Notes: a model not told the origin generated them from the letters alone. DNA of 40,000 nucleotides from Deltaproteobacteria bacterium (GCA_031441605.1 JANNQF010000062.1:157287-197286), one strand, 5' to 3'. Shown: positions 25,292 through 33,870, counted from the first letter of the stretch. Numbers and translations: made by a program.

Positions 25292-25583
25292 CGGTCTACC
25301 GGGAATTATTCCCCATTTTGTGATCCTTAAATAAAAAACACTGACCGGCAATTATTGTGATTTGTATACAAGTTTCCGGGTCTTGTGTCAAACATCAGTG
25401 GCTGTAAATCGATATGCAGGTGTCTGAGACAATTTGAGAGTACGAAAAAATCTTCTTGACAAACCCGTGATATAAATTTGTAACTGGAAAATAAAATATT
25501 ATATTAGTGGGTTATTAAGTGTGCCGAATGGAAAGTGAGAAGTTCGATGAGGTGTTTTCCGATGTTCTTGATAGGACTGTCTG

Positions 25584-27938
25584 ATGGTAAATAAATTGGG
25601 ACCAGAAAGCGATGTCGTTGAAAAAATCCAACAAAGCATCTCTCTGTCGGAAGAAAAGAGAAGGCAACAGCGCCTCGCGCATAATTTGACTAAACTTGCG
25701 CAAGGTAATTTTCAGATTCTCAATAATGATGAATTTATTCGAGGGTTAGTTGAATATCTCGTGGGGCATGGTGAGGAAGACCTCGATCTTAAAAGAAAAA
25801 TTTTGATAAGTCTCGGAGAATCGGTAATTATCGAAGATAGAAATATCAGAGAAAGGACACTCACAGTTTTGTCTTTGGTTGGAGAACATTTTCTCCGGTG
25901 CAGCGATAACGGTGGCATTCTCCTTGTTGTTCATAGTTTCTGTAGGTGGCTGGAGCATGAAAATGAAATGTTGCCCGGCCTGGTGGTGGTCATTAAAAGG
26001 ATGGAAGAGCTGACTTTGTGGCTCTTGGAAAAATCTTTTTGGAAAGAAGGTGAGAAAGTTCTTGCCCTGTTTCACCGTATTCAAAATGGCGGTAATGAAA
26101 AGGGTACAGCATTTCGGAGCTTTGTTTCGCAAAATCTCGATAAATTTGCTTCAAAAGCAACCCTTAAGCATTTGACTGACGGCTACCTTCTTGGAGATAG
26201 TCGTCAACCGCTCTTTCAAAGTATTCTACTTTTCTTTGAAGATCGTGCCGCAACGTATCTCTTTGACAAGGTTATTCAGAGTCACAGCAGAAATGAACGC
26301 TTAGCGTTGATTCATCTGATCCCCATGTTTGGTTCAAAGGTTCTGCCTATTCTTGAGAGATGCTTGAAAAACAATCCACCATGGGCGGTAGTTAGAAATG
26401 TTCTCTGCATTCTGTCGGAAATTGGCGATGACACCTGTTATACATTTATAAAGCAGTATTTTCGGCATGAAGATAAGCGAGTGCAGTATGAGATGATCGG
26501 TTGTGTTGTGAAATTCGGTGGCTCAGAATTAAAAAATAGATTGTTGACTGGTCTTGAAATCGTAAATGACGAATTAAAAGTGCATATTATTCAGCTTCTT
26601 GTCGCACATGCACCACGGGATGAAGCGGTATTGGTCGGGCTATTTGGCTTTGTCGAAGGGAGTGACAATTTCTCGCCACGTTCTAAGAATAAACTTATTG
26701 GTGCCGTCATAGCCGCTCTGAAAACCTTTCCTTCCATTAAAAGCATTGAAATCCTGCGTAACCTGCAATTTATGTGCAGCCGGTCCCAAGGAAGTGAACT
26801 GCTGCTGCTCCAGATTCAAGAGGCTTTGAGATCTTTAGCACCACAACTGCGGCATCAACTACAACGTTGTGAAGAAACATCTGAGACGGTTTCCTATGAT
26901 AGTGATCCACAACAGATGCAGAAAGAGCTTACAAGATTTGAGGAGATAGAAGAAAACCTCCGTAAATTGGTGCGAGTTGGTGACATGAGCGGTGCCGGGC
27001 GACTTCTTCACGAACAGGCTCTCTTTGCAGCACGATCCAAGGAATTCTTTTTGGCGGAGAAGTTGCGGGACAGGTTGTTGGAAATTAATCCCATGGCTCT
27101 TGCCGAGGCAGTTGCACTCGGGGATTTGATCGAAGGAGAAAAAACCTCATCCCACACCCGTCATCATCTTGGTGTTTGGAGTGAACTCTATGAGGAAATG
27201 ACCACTGAAGAATTTAATACACTCTATTCTGTTCTACGATTGGAAGAATATCGGAAAAATGACACTATTGTGCGAACGGGTGAAACCGATGATGTTCTTT
27301 ATTTCCTCAGTTCAGGTTACGTGAGTCTCAATTGTTTGTCCGGAGGCAATGAGAGTTTTCTGAAACGTATGGGCCCCGGCAGCATTTTAGGGGGGGGGGA
27401 ATTTTTCTCGGCTTCAGTTTGGACAGTTACCCTTAAAGCCCTCTCCGATGTGCATCTTCAGGTTCTTGATCACAAAATATTTTTAAAGATTGCCGATGAA
27501 TTCCCAGGGATCGAGGAAAAGCTGCGGCAATATTGCTGTAAATATGCGGAGGTGCCGGCGCTGCTGAAGATGTCCGGGGATGATCGACGGGAATACCCAC
27601 GTTTTTCTCTGACACTTTTTACCCAAAACGTGCTCTTTGACCCCTACGGCAATAAGGGGAAAAGGAGTTTTAGGGGTGAATTGGTTGATATTTCTCGCAA
27701 TGGTTTGGCATTTATTGTCAAAGTCTCCACTCGAGATAATGCCAAATTGATGCTTGGCAGGCAGATTGTTTCGGAAATTAGGGGCATTGGAGATGACGTA
27801 GTAACCGAATGCAGTGGAATTATCGTGGGTGTAAAATATCACAATGTAATCGCAAAAGATTTTACTGTACACGTCAAGCTTTCACAAAAAATCGAAGACG
27901 CCGCCTTCTCAAAAATCATTGGCCTGGGACGAGTGTGA
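25584..27938 (+). CDS. Multidomain signalling protein: N-terminal HEAT/armadillo-like repeats, cyclic-nucleotide-binding-like domain, C-terminal PilZ (c-di-GMP receptor) domain
   Basis: About 440 aa of repetitive helical sequence come first (e.g. RNERLALIHLIPMFGSKVLPILERCLKNNPPWAVVRNVLCILSEIGDD, HEAT-like). A coiled region follows, then a CNB-like beta-roll (EEYRKNDTIVRTGETDDVLYFLSSGYVSLNC...GPGSILGGGEFF). The PilZ domain has both c-di-GMP motifs: RREYPR (RxxxR) and DISRNG (DxSxxG). Confidence 0.7.
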   Translation: MVNKLGPESDVVEKIQQSISLSEEKRRQQRLAHNLTKLAQGNFQILNNDEFIRGLVEYLVGHGEEDLDLKRKILISLGESVIIEDRNIRERTLTVLSLVGEHFLRCSDNGGILLVVHSFCRWLEHENEMLPGLVVVIKRMEELTLWLLEKSFWKEGEKVLALFHRIQNGGNEKGTAFRSFVSQNLDKFASKATLKHLTDGYLLGDSRQPLFQSILLFFEDRAATYLFDKVIQSHSRNERLALIHLIPMFGSKVLPILERCLKNNPPWAVVRNVLCILSEIGDDTCYTFIKQYFRHEDKRVQYEMIGCVVKFGGSELKNRLLTGLEIVNDELKVHIIQLLVAHAPRDEAVLVGLFGFVEGSDNFSPRSKNKLIGAVIAALKTFPSIKSIEILRNLQFMCSRSQGSELLLLQIQEALRSLAPQLRHQLQRCEETSETVSYDSDPQQMQKELTRFEEIEENLRKLVRVGDMSGAGRLLHEQALFAARSKEFFLAEKLRDRLLEINPMALAEAVALGDLIEGEKTSSHTRHHLGVWSELYEEMTTEEFNTLYSVLRLEEYRKNDTIVRTGETDDVLYFLSSGYVSLNCLSGGNESFLKRMGPGSILGGGEFFSASVWTVTLKALSDVHLQVLDHKIFLKIADEFPGIEEKLRQYCCKYAEVPALLKMSGDDRREYPRFSLTLFTQNVLFDPYGNKGKRSFRGELVDISRNGLAFIVKVSTRDNAKLMLGRQIVSEIRGIGDDVVTECSGIIVGVKYHNVIAKDFTVHVKLSQKIEDAAFSKIIGLGRV
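27390..27399 (+). repeat. Homopolymeric G10 tract inside the HEAT-cNMP-PilZ coding sequence
   Basis: TTA GGG GGG GGG GAA encodes L-G-G-G-E. Ten consecutive G were read directly from the sequence. Confidence 0.95.
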
Positions 27939-27967
27939 TGGGATGATGTGCCGAGAGGAAGCTTGCT

Positions 27968-28957
27968 GTGGCTGAAAAGGCATTTAATAATAAATTATTG
28001 ATCCGAGGCCTGGAGATTTATCCACCAATTGCTTTGGCGCCCATGGTCGGGCTGTCGCATTCCGCATTGCGAACGCTGGTGCAGGAAGAGGGGGGCGTCG
28101 GGCTGCTTTTTACTGAAATGCTGGCAGCCAGGCGTTTGCCGCATGACAATGAACATTGTTCACCTTTATTAATCAGAACCCCAGGTGAAAACCCGCTTTT
28201 TTATCAACTTGTGACCGCAGATGAACGGACCATAGGTCCGGCCAGTGAAAAACTGCATGATTTTAACGCGCAAGGCATTGACCTCAATCTCGGCTGCCCG
28301 GCACCACTGCAGAAGAGACTGGGGTCGGGTGTGTCTCTCACAGCTGATCAGGCTCAGATGCGCAAAGTGCTTCGCAGATTGCGTCAATGCACTGAGCTTC
28401 CGGTAAGCGTCAAGATACGTCTGGGAGACTCCTTGGATACCGGTAAATTGCGAGATTTTTGCTGCTTACTTGAGGATGAAGGGATCGATCTGATCACTAT
28501 CCATGCCAGATTGAACGGAGAAAAGTTTTGTCGAAAGCCAAGATGGGGCGCTGTTGGCGAGATTCGTAATGCCGTCTCGGTTCCAATACTTGTTAATGGA
28601 GGCATTTTTAGTGTTGATGATGCGAGGATAAGTCTTGAACAATCCGGTGCCGATGGTCTCATGATTGGTCGGGGAGCAGTCGAGAAACCCTGGCTATGCG
28701 CTGATATTGCTAGGGAAATATATGGGGTGCCGACAAACTGTCAGAGTCGGTCCGATGAGGATATATATTTTAAATTTGTGAGTCTTTTAGAACTGCGATT
28801 CGCACCGGAGCGACGATTGGGACGGTTAAAGCAATTTACCACCTATTATGCGGCGCCGTTTACCTTTGGACATCATTTGGCCGCTGCCATTCAATCAAGC
28901 ACTACTATCGATCAAGCCAAACAGAGAGCCGCCGAATTTTTCACTCGAAACGTGTAA
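27968..28957 (+). CDS. tRNA-dihydrouridine synthase (Dus family flavoenzyme)
   Basis: Carries LAPMVGLSHSALRTLV, GIDLNLGCPAP (the catalytic Cys motif NxGCP), VSVKIRLG, ITIHAR and GADGLMIGRGA. It is a TIM-barrel Dus of 329 aa with a GTG start. Confidence 0.85.
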   Translation: MAEKAFNNKLLIRGLEIYPPIALAPMVGLSHSALRTLVQEEGGVGLLFTEMLAARRLPHDNEHCSPLLIRTPGENPLFYQLVTADERTIGPASEKLHDFNAQGIDLNLGCPAPLQKRLGSGVSLTADQAQMRKVLRRLRQCTELPVSVKIRLGDSLDTGKLRDFCCLLEDEGIDLITIHARLNGEKFCRKPRWGAVGEIRNAVSVPILVNGGIFSVDDARISLEQSGADGLMIGRGAVEKPWLCADIAREIYGVPTNCQSRSDEDIYFKFVSLLELRFAPERRLGRLKQFTTYYAAPFTFGHHLAAAIQSSTTIDQAKQRAAEFFTRNV

Positions 28958-28984
28958 TCCACCCACTTCAATGGAGGTATTCCT

Positions 28985-29296
28985 ATGATAGATCTCATTA
29001 AAAAGGCTGTTTTAACAGGCATGGGCGTCATATCGCTCACCAAAGAAAAAATAGATGAGTTTTCCCGTGAGTTGGTAGATAAAGGCAAGCTCACCGAGCA
29101 GGAAGGGGAAAAATTTATTCAAGAGATGTGGAAACGGGCCGAAGAATCCAAAGAGGCACTTGTGAAGCAAACGGATAAGGTGGTTGAGGCATCCTTAAAT
29201 AAGATGCAACTTGCCAAAGCCTCGGATCTGGAGAAGCTGCAGTCGGAGATTGCCGAACTGCGCAAGGAGATTGAAGCGTTGCGCAACAAAGAATAA
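28985..29296 (+). CDS. Phasin-like small coiled-coil protein (COG3937-type)
   Basis: MIDLIKKAVLTGMGVISLTKEKIDEFSRELVDKGKLTEQEGEKFIQEM... has the typical N-terminus of the 'polyhydroxyalkanoate synthesis regulator phasin' family as I recall it. The rest is a K/E-rich coiled coil. GGAGG is present upstream. Confidence 0.55.
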   Translation: MIDLIKKAVLTGMGVISLTKEKIDEFSRELVDKGKLTEQEGEKFIQEMWKRAEESKEALVKQTDKVVEASLNKMQLAKASDLEKLQSEIAELRKEIEALRNKE

Positions 29297-29327
29297 TATT
29301 GCAGCAATAACAGTTTCCTGGTTTTGA

Positions 29328-31016
29328 CTATTTCCGCTTAAATCTCGATCTTACTTTTTCCGTCAGGATGTTCAATTCGGCCAAACCAAGCCGGTCGAGT
29401 ATAACTGTATAAAGAACTGCCGCACAGAATATAATGACAAAGAGAGCTACTGCCTGTTGGGCGACAGATCCAGTCAACCAACCTGCCAATAGAGACCGGG
29501 TCAGGAGCAGTAAAGCAGAGAGGGCAAGGGTGGCCGCACCGATTTTCAAGCACCCCTTGCCCAGATAGGTGAGGGAATATCCCCGCAGATTTTTATAGAG
29601 GACAACCATGAGAAATACAAAATTGATAAGCATGGTACAGGAGGTAGAAAGGGCAATAGCCCTGTGCTGATAGGTGTCTATGGTGAATTTAATAATAATG
29701 ATGTTGATAATAATCGCCAGAAAGCTGGCAATAACCGGATATTTGGTTTTATCGAGGGCGTAAAAAGCAGGAACAAGGATTTTATTTGCTGAATAGGCGA
29801 AGAGGCCTATGGCGTAGAGGCAGAGGGTATCAGCTGTTGCCAGAGTGTCTCCGGCGGTGAAAGCGCCGTGTTGGTAAATCAGGCGGATGATTGGCTGGGA
29901 TAAAAGGATGAGGCCGGCAGTTGCCGGCACAGTCAGAGCAAAAACCATAGTAAGAGAAGACACCATGGTGCCTTTCATCGCCATGATGTCTTTCTCGGCA
30001 GCCTGTTTGGCCAGAATAGGCAGCATTGCGATTGACAAAGCGACTCCGAATACACCAATCGGCAGTTGCACCAGTCGGAAGGCGTAATACAGCCACGAAA
30101 CCGAACCCTCGGCACAGGAGGCGGCAAAGTTGGTGTTGATAAAGAGGTTGATCTGGGTGGCAGATAGACCAATGGTAGCCGGAAGCATCAAAGTGAGGAT
30201 TCGTCGTAGCCCAGGGTCTGAAAATCGTACCACCGGCGTGTAACGAAAGCCGGTTTTGTAAAGTGTCGGCAATTGGACTCCGAGTTGCAGAAAGCCGCCG
30301 ATGAGTGTGCCGATAGCCATACCGACGATTGCCGGCTGACCGTAGCGGGGTAGAATGAAAGCAAGGGTTGTGCCGCCGATCAGTGAACCGAGATTAAAAA
30401 AACTGGAGGCAATTGCCGGAACAAAAAAGCGTCCTTTGGTGTTCAAAATCCCCATCACTACAGCGGAAAGGGAGATAAAGACAAGGAAAGGCAACATGAT
30501 ACGGGTGAGTTTTAAGGTAAGCGCGGTTTTGCCGTCAATCAGAGAAAAATCAGGGGCAAGAAGGGTAACGATCTCCCCTGCAAAGAAAATCATCAGCAAA
30601 GTGACAACACACAGGAGAATAAGGATGAAATTCAATACAATTGCCGCGAGTCGCCAGGTTTCCTCCTGAGTGCGTTGTTTGTCGTAGGTAGAAAAAACAG
30701 TGACAAAGGCAGCGGAAAGAGCCCCTTCGGCAAAAAGATCTCTCAATAAGTTAGGAATCCTAAACGCTACCACAAAAGAGTCATATATAAAACCCGCGCC
30801 GAATAAGCCGGCAAAGACCTGCTCTCGTACCAAACCGAGAACGCGGCTGCACATAACGGCAATCCCGACGGAAGCGGCAGATTTTGCAATGGTTCCGTTG
30901 TTTTTTGTGTGCTCTGACAATGGGGTCTCATCCTGAAAAAATTGAAGCCGACTACCGGCGTGGAGAGGATACCCTGATTGTTTTTTTTCTGCTACTAAAT
31001 CATCCTTTTGCTGCAA
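29328..31016 (-). CDS. murJ: Lipid II flippase MurJ (MviN family)
   Basis: Carries SRVLGLVREQVFAGLFGAGFIYDSFVVAFRIPNLLRDLFAEGALSAAFV (the MurJ N-terminal signature) and ~14 hydrophobic helices. There is a ~45-aa N-terminal extension before the first helix, so the true start is uncertain. Confidence 0.88.
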   Translation of the reverse strand: MQQKDDLVAEKKQSGYPLHAGSRLQFFQDETPLSEHTKNNGTIAKSAASVGIAVMCSRVLGLVREQVFAGLFGAGFIYDSFVVAFRIPNLLRDLFAEGALSAAFVTVFSTYDKQRTQEETWRLAAIVLNFILILLCVVTLLMIFFAGEIVTLLAPDFSLIDGKTALTLKLTRIMLPFLVFISLSAVVMGILNTKGRFFVPAIASSFFNLGSLIGGTTLAFILPRYGQPAIVGMAIGTLIGGFLQLGVQLPTLYKTGFRYTPVVRFSDPGLRRILTLMLPATIGLSATQINLFINTNFAASCAEGSVSWLYYAFRLVQLPIGVFGVALSIAMLPILAKQAAEKDIMAMKGTMVSSLTMVFALTVPATAGLILLSQPIIRLIYQHGAFTAGDTLATADTLCLYAIGLFAYSANKILVPAFYALDKTKYPVIASFLAIIINIIIIKFTIDTYQHRAIALSTSCTMLINFVFLMVVLYKNLRGYSLTYLGKGCLKIGAATLALSALLLLTRSLLAGWLTGSVAQQAVALFVIIFCAAVLYTVILDRLGLAELNILTEKVRSRFKRK

Positions 31017-31196
31017 GTCAATTTTTCCCTTGGAAATATTTCTTTTTTAACCCTGATTCCCGCCTAATCTCTCTTGACTTTGTGTTTTGAAATTGAATAT
31101 ATGAGTATGTCTTCTGGAAGGCCAGTGGGGCGGCAGGTGGAGTTTTTTGGTATTTGGAGAGAGCATTGAAAAATCGTCGTTTTTGAGGAGATACGA

Positions 31197-33260
31197 ATGC
31201 AGGATACAAATATAGTAAGAAATGTAGCGATCATAGGTCACGGTAACTGCGGAAAAACGTCCCTTGCTGAGGCAATGCTTTACAGCGCCGGAAAAATCAA
31301 TAGGCTCGGCAAGGTGGATGACGGCAGTTCGGTGATGGACTATGAAGAAGAGGAAATCAGCAGAAAAATTTCAATTAACTCCAGTTTCCATAATTATACC
31401 TGGAAGAAGCACAATGTTTTCTTGATCGACACTCCCGGAGATGACAACTTTCTCAATGAAACTGTATTTGCCTCCTATGTTTGCGATAATGCCCTCTTCA
31501 CCATCGGTGCGGTACTCGGAGTCAAAGGTCAGACCATCAAATTTTCGAGGATAATCAAGCATAGGAACCTGCCGACGGTTATAGCCATCGGGAAAATGGA
31601 TAGGGAAAGAGCTGATTTTCACGGTACGGTTGATCAGATTAAAGCAGAGCTGCCATTTAATTCGGTTGTTTTGCATTTACCTATCGGGGCTGAGGATAAT
31701 TTCAGGGGATATGTCGATCTTGCCAGCGGCAAGGCCTTCCTTTTCGATGGCGATAAGGGAAATTTGAAACCAATTGATGTGCCGGCGGAAATGGAAGATG
31801 AAGTAGCATTATTCCGCGAAACTCTGATGGAATCGGTGGCTGAGACCGATGACGAACTGATCGAGAAATTTCTCGAGGAAGGGGAACTGACCTACGAAGA
31901 AATCACCATCGGATTGAAAAATGGGCTGGCAAAGGCCGCGATCTCCCCTATTTGTGTTTGCTCGGCCATCCTCAATAAAGGTGTTACTCCCATTCTTGAT
32001 GTCATTAACACCTACATGCCTTCACCAGCTGAGCGGGCACCGATTCCGGCGACCAGGGAGGGGAGCGGCGAGGTTGTGGAAGTGCAGCCCAATGAGGCCA
32101 CACCTTTTTCAGCCCTGGTGTTCAAAACCATGGCCGATCCTTATACCGGTCGTCTTACCATTTTTCGAATTTTCAGCGGTGTTTTGAAGGGTGACACTTT
32201 TTATAATGCCACAAAAAAGATCACGGAGCGGTTCGGGCAACTGTATGTCCTTGAGGGGAAAGAACAAAGACCTATTGAATATGCCGGCCCAGGTATGATC
32301 ATCGGCGTCGCTAAACTGAAAGAAACCGTTACCGGCGACACCCTCTGCGATTCGGCAAACCCGATTGTTTTTGCTCCGCCGGAACCCTTGAAGCCGGTTA
32401 TATCTTTTGCCGTCAGCGCCAAGAAAGGCGATGAAGAAAAGGTGTTTTCATCGATCAGTAAATTGCTGGATGAAGATCTGACCTTGCGAATTACCCGGCA
32501 GCAGGAGACAAAACAAGTGCTTTTGTCCGGTGTGGGAAGGGTGCACCTTGATGTGGTCGGGGCGAGGATCAAGAGGAAATTTGGAGTCGATATGGAGCTC
32601 AGCACCCCGAAGATCCCCTATATGGAAACCATTAAGTCCACTGCCAGGGTGCAGGGCAAACACAAGAAACAAAGTGGTGGCCGTGGACAATTCGGTGATT
32701 GCTGGATAGAAATCTCTCCTCTTCCCGGCGGGAAATATGAGTTTGTTGATCAGATTGTCGGTGGTGTTATTCCTCAGAATTATCGGCCGGCGGTTGACAA
32801 AGGAATCCAGGAGGCAATGGAGAAGGGGGTGCTTGCCGGCTACCCGGTCATTGATATACGAATTGCCTTGGTGGATGGTTCCTTCCACAACGTTGATTCG
32901 TCTGAGATGGCCTTCAAGATTGCCGGATCGTTGGCCTTCAAAAAAGGTGCGCAGGAAGCTGGGCTCATCCTCTTGGAACCCTATGTAAATATGGAAATTA
33001 AGGTCGGCAAAGACAATGTCGGTGATGTCATGGGTGATCTCAATTCCAGGAGAGGAAAGGTTATGGGCATGGATTCCAGCGATGGGATGGAGATTATCAA
33101 CGCCCAGGTTCCTCACGCTGAGGTCCAGTCATATGCCACAGACTTAACATCGATGACCGGCGGTCTTGGCAGTTTCAGTATTTCGTTCTCGCACTATGAA
33201 GAAGTGCCGGGGCAGATCGCTGAAAAAATCATTGCCGAGGCAAATGCCCAGAATAGCTAG
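31197..33260 (+). CDS. Elongation factor G paralog (EF-G II-like) with degenerate GTPase motifs
   Basis: Five-domain EF-G layout over 687 aa: G domain NVAIIGHGNCGKTS (P-loop), DTPGDDNF (switch II), GKMD (G4). Domain II is FSALVFKTMADPYTGRLTIFRIFSGVLKGD. Domains IV/V include GGRGQFGDCWIEI, GVIPQNYRPAVDKGI, DGSFHNVDSSEMAFKIAGS and LLEPYVNMEI. Confidence 0.88.
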   Translation: MQDTNIVRNVAIIGHGNCGKTSLAEAMLYSAGKINRLGKVDDGSSVMDYEEEEISRKISINSSFHNYTWKKHNVFLIDTPGDDNFLNETVFASYVCDNALFTIGAVLGVKGQTIKFSRIIKHRNLPTVIAIGKMDRERADFHGTVDQIKAELPFNSVVLHLPIGAEDNFRGYVDLASGKAFLFDGDKGNLKPIDVPAEMEDEVALFRETLMESVAETDDELIEKFLEEGELTYEEITIGLKNGLAKAAISPICVCSAILNKGVTPILDVINTYMPSPAERAPIPATREGSGEVVEVQPNEATPFSALVFKTMADPYTGRLTIFRIFSGVLKGDTFYNATKKITERFGQLYVLEGKEQRPIEYAGPGMIIGVAKLKETVTGDTLCDSANPIVFAPPEPLKPVISFAVSAKKGDEEKVFSSISKLLDEDLTLRITRQQETKQVLLSGVGRVHLDVVGARIKRKFGVDMELSTPKIPYMETIKSTARVQGKHKKQSGGRGQFGDCWIEISPLPGGKYEFVDQIVGGVIPQNYRPAVDKGIQEAMEKGVLAGYPVIDIRIALVDGSFHNVDSSEMAFKIAGSLAFKKGAQEAGLILLEPYVNMEIKVGKDNVGDVMGDLNSRRGKVMGMDSSDGMEIINAQVPHAEVQSYATDLTSMTGGLGSFSISFSHYEEVPGQIAEKIIAEANAQNS

Positions 33261-33276
33261 CTGAGATGTATTGTCC

Positions 33277-33795
33277 ATGACGATTAACAAAAAACAGAGT
33301 TATACTTTCGCTGTGCTGACGATGAGCGATAAGGGTTCGCGGGGCGAAAGAGAGGATACCAGCGGCGCATATCTGCAAGAGCAGCTTGCAGCGGAAGGAT
33401 ATGTGCTGCAAGCATATGAGGTTATCCCTGATCAGAAACAGGTGATCATCGACCGACTGAAGGCACTTGCCGATGCTGAGCAAATATCTCTTATTGTTAC
33501 CACAGGAGGCACCGGAGTATCTCCTTCGGATGTTACCCCGGAGGCTATGAGCGAGGTGTTGGACCTGGAGATTCCGGGAATGGCGGAAGCAATGCGCAGT
33601 GCAAGTCTCATGAAGACCTCAAGGGCAATGTTATCCCGCGGCAAGGTAGGCATTAGAAGGCGCAGTCTTATTATCAACTTTCCTGGAAGTCTTAAAGCCG
33701 TAAAGGAAAACCTTGCTGTGGTTTTGCCTGTGCTGTCGCATGCGCTGGAAAAAATTAGTGGTTCCACCAGCGATTGTGGCGGAGTACCCGAATAA
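33277..33795 (+). CDS. mog: Molybdopterin adenylyltransferase MogA / MoaB family protein
   Basis: FAVLTMSDKGSRGEREDTSG, LIVTTGGTGVSPSDVTPEA, IPGMAEAMR and SRGKVGIRRRSLIINFPGS are collinear with E. coli MogA (LVSISDRASSG.., LVLTTGGTGPARRDVTPDA, MPGFGEQMR, SRQVGVIRKQALILNLPGQ). I prefer ATG 33277 to TTG 33271. Confidence 0.85.
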   Translation: MTINKKQSYTFAVLTMSDKGSRGEREDTSGAYLQEQLAAEGYVLQAYEVIPDQKQVIIDRLKALADAEQISLIVTTGGTGVSPSDVTPEAMSEVLDLEIPGMAEAMRSASLMKTSRAMLSRGKVGIRRRSLIINFPGSLKAVKENLAVVLPVLSHALEKISGSTSDCGGVPE

Positions 33796-33829
33796 AAAAG
33801 GGTCCTGACGGTGTTCACGGCCAGGACCC
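33794..33829 (-). terminator. Rho-independent terminator for purM (hairpin shared with the mog 3' end)
   Basis: GGGTCCTG (33800-33807) pairs with CAGGACCC (33822-33829). On the minus strand the hairpin is followed by TTTTTT (complement of A6 at 33794-33799). It lies ~40 nt after the purM stop. On the plus strand only TTCTC follows. Confidence 0.65.
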
Positions 33830-33870
33830 TTCTCACGATTCATCCATCATACAAACTTTTATTTTTCTCG

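Noticed and set aside
25456-25476. TTGACA (25456-25461) followed by TATAAA (25471-25476) upstream of the HEAT-PilZ gene, considered as a sigma70 promoter
   Set aside because: The spacer is only 9 nt, far from the 16-18 nt required. The two hexamers cannot work together as a standard promoter.
29297-29309. Palindrome TATTGC-A-GCAATA between the phasin-like gene and murJ, considered as a bidirectional terminator
   Set aside because: A 1-nt loop is sterically impossible for an RNA hairpin. The feasible stem is 4 AU-rich bp with no U-run, so it is not a credible terminator.
32201-33116. Minus-strand ORFs of 134 and 222 aa antisense to the EF-G paralog
   Set aside because: The plus-strand frame carries conserved EF-G domain II-V blocks. 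The antisense translations are featureless.
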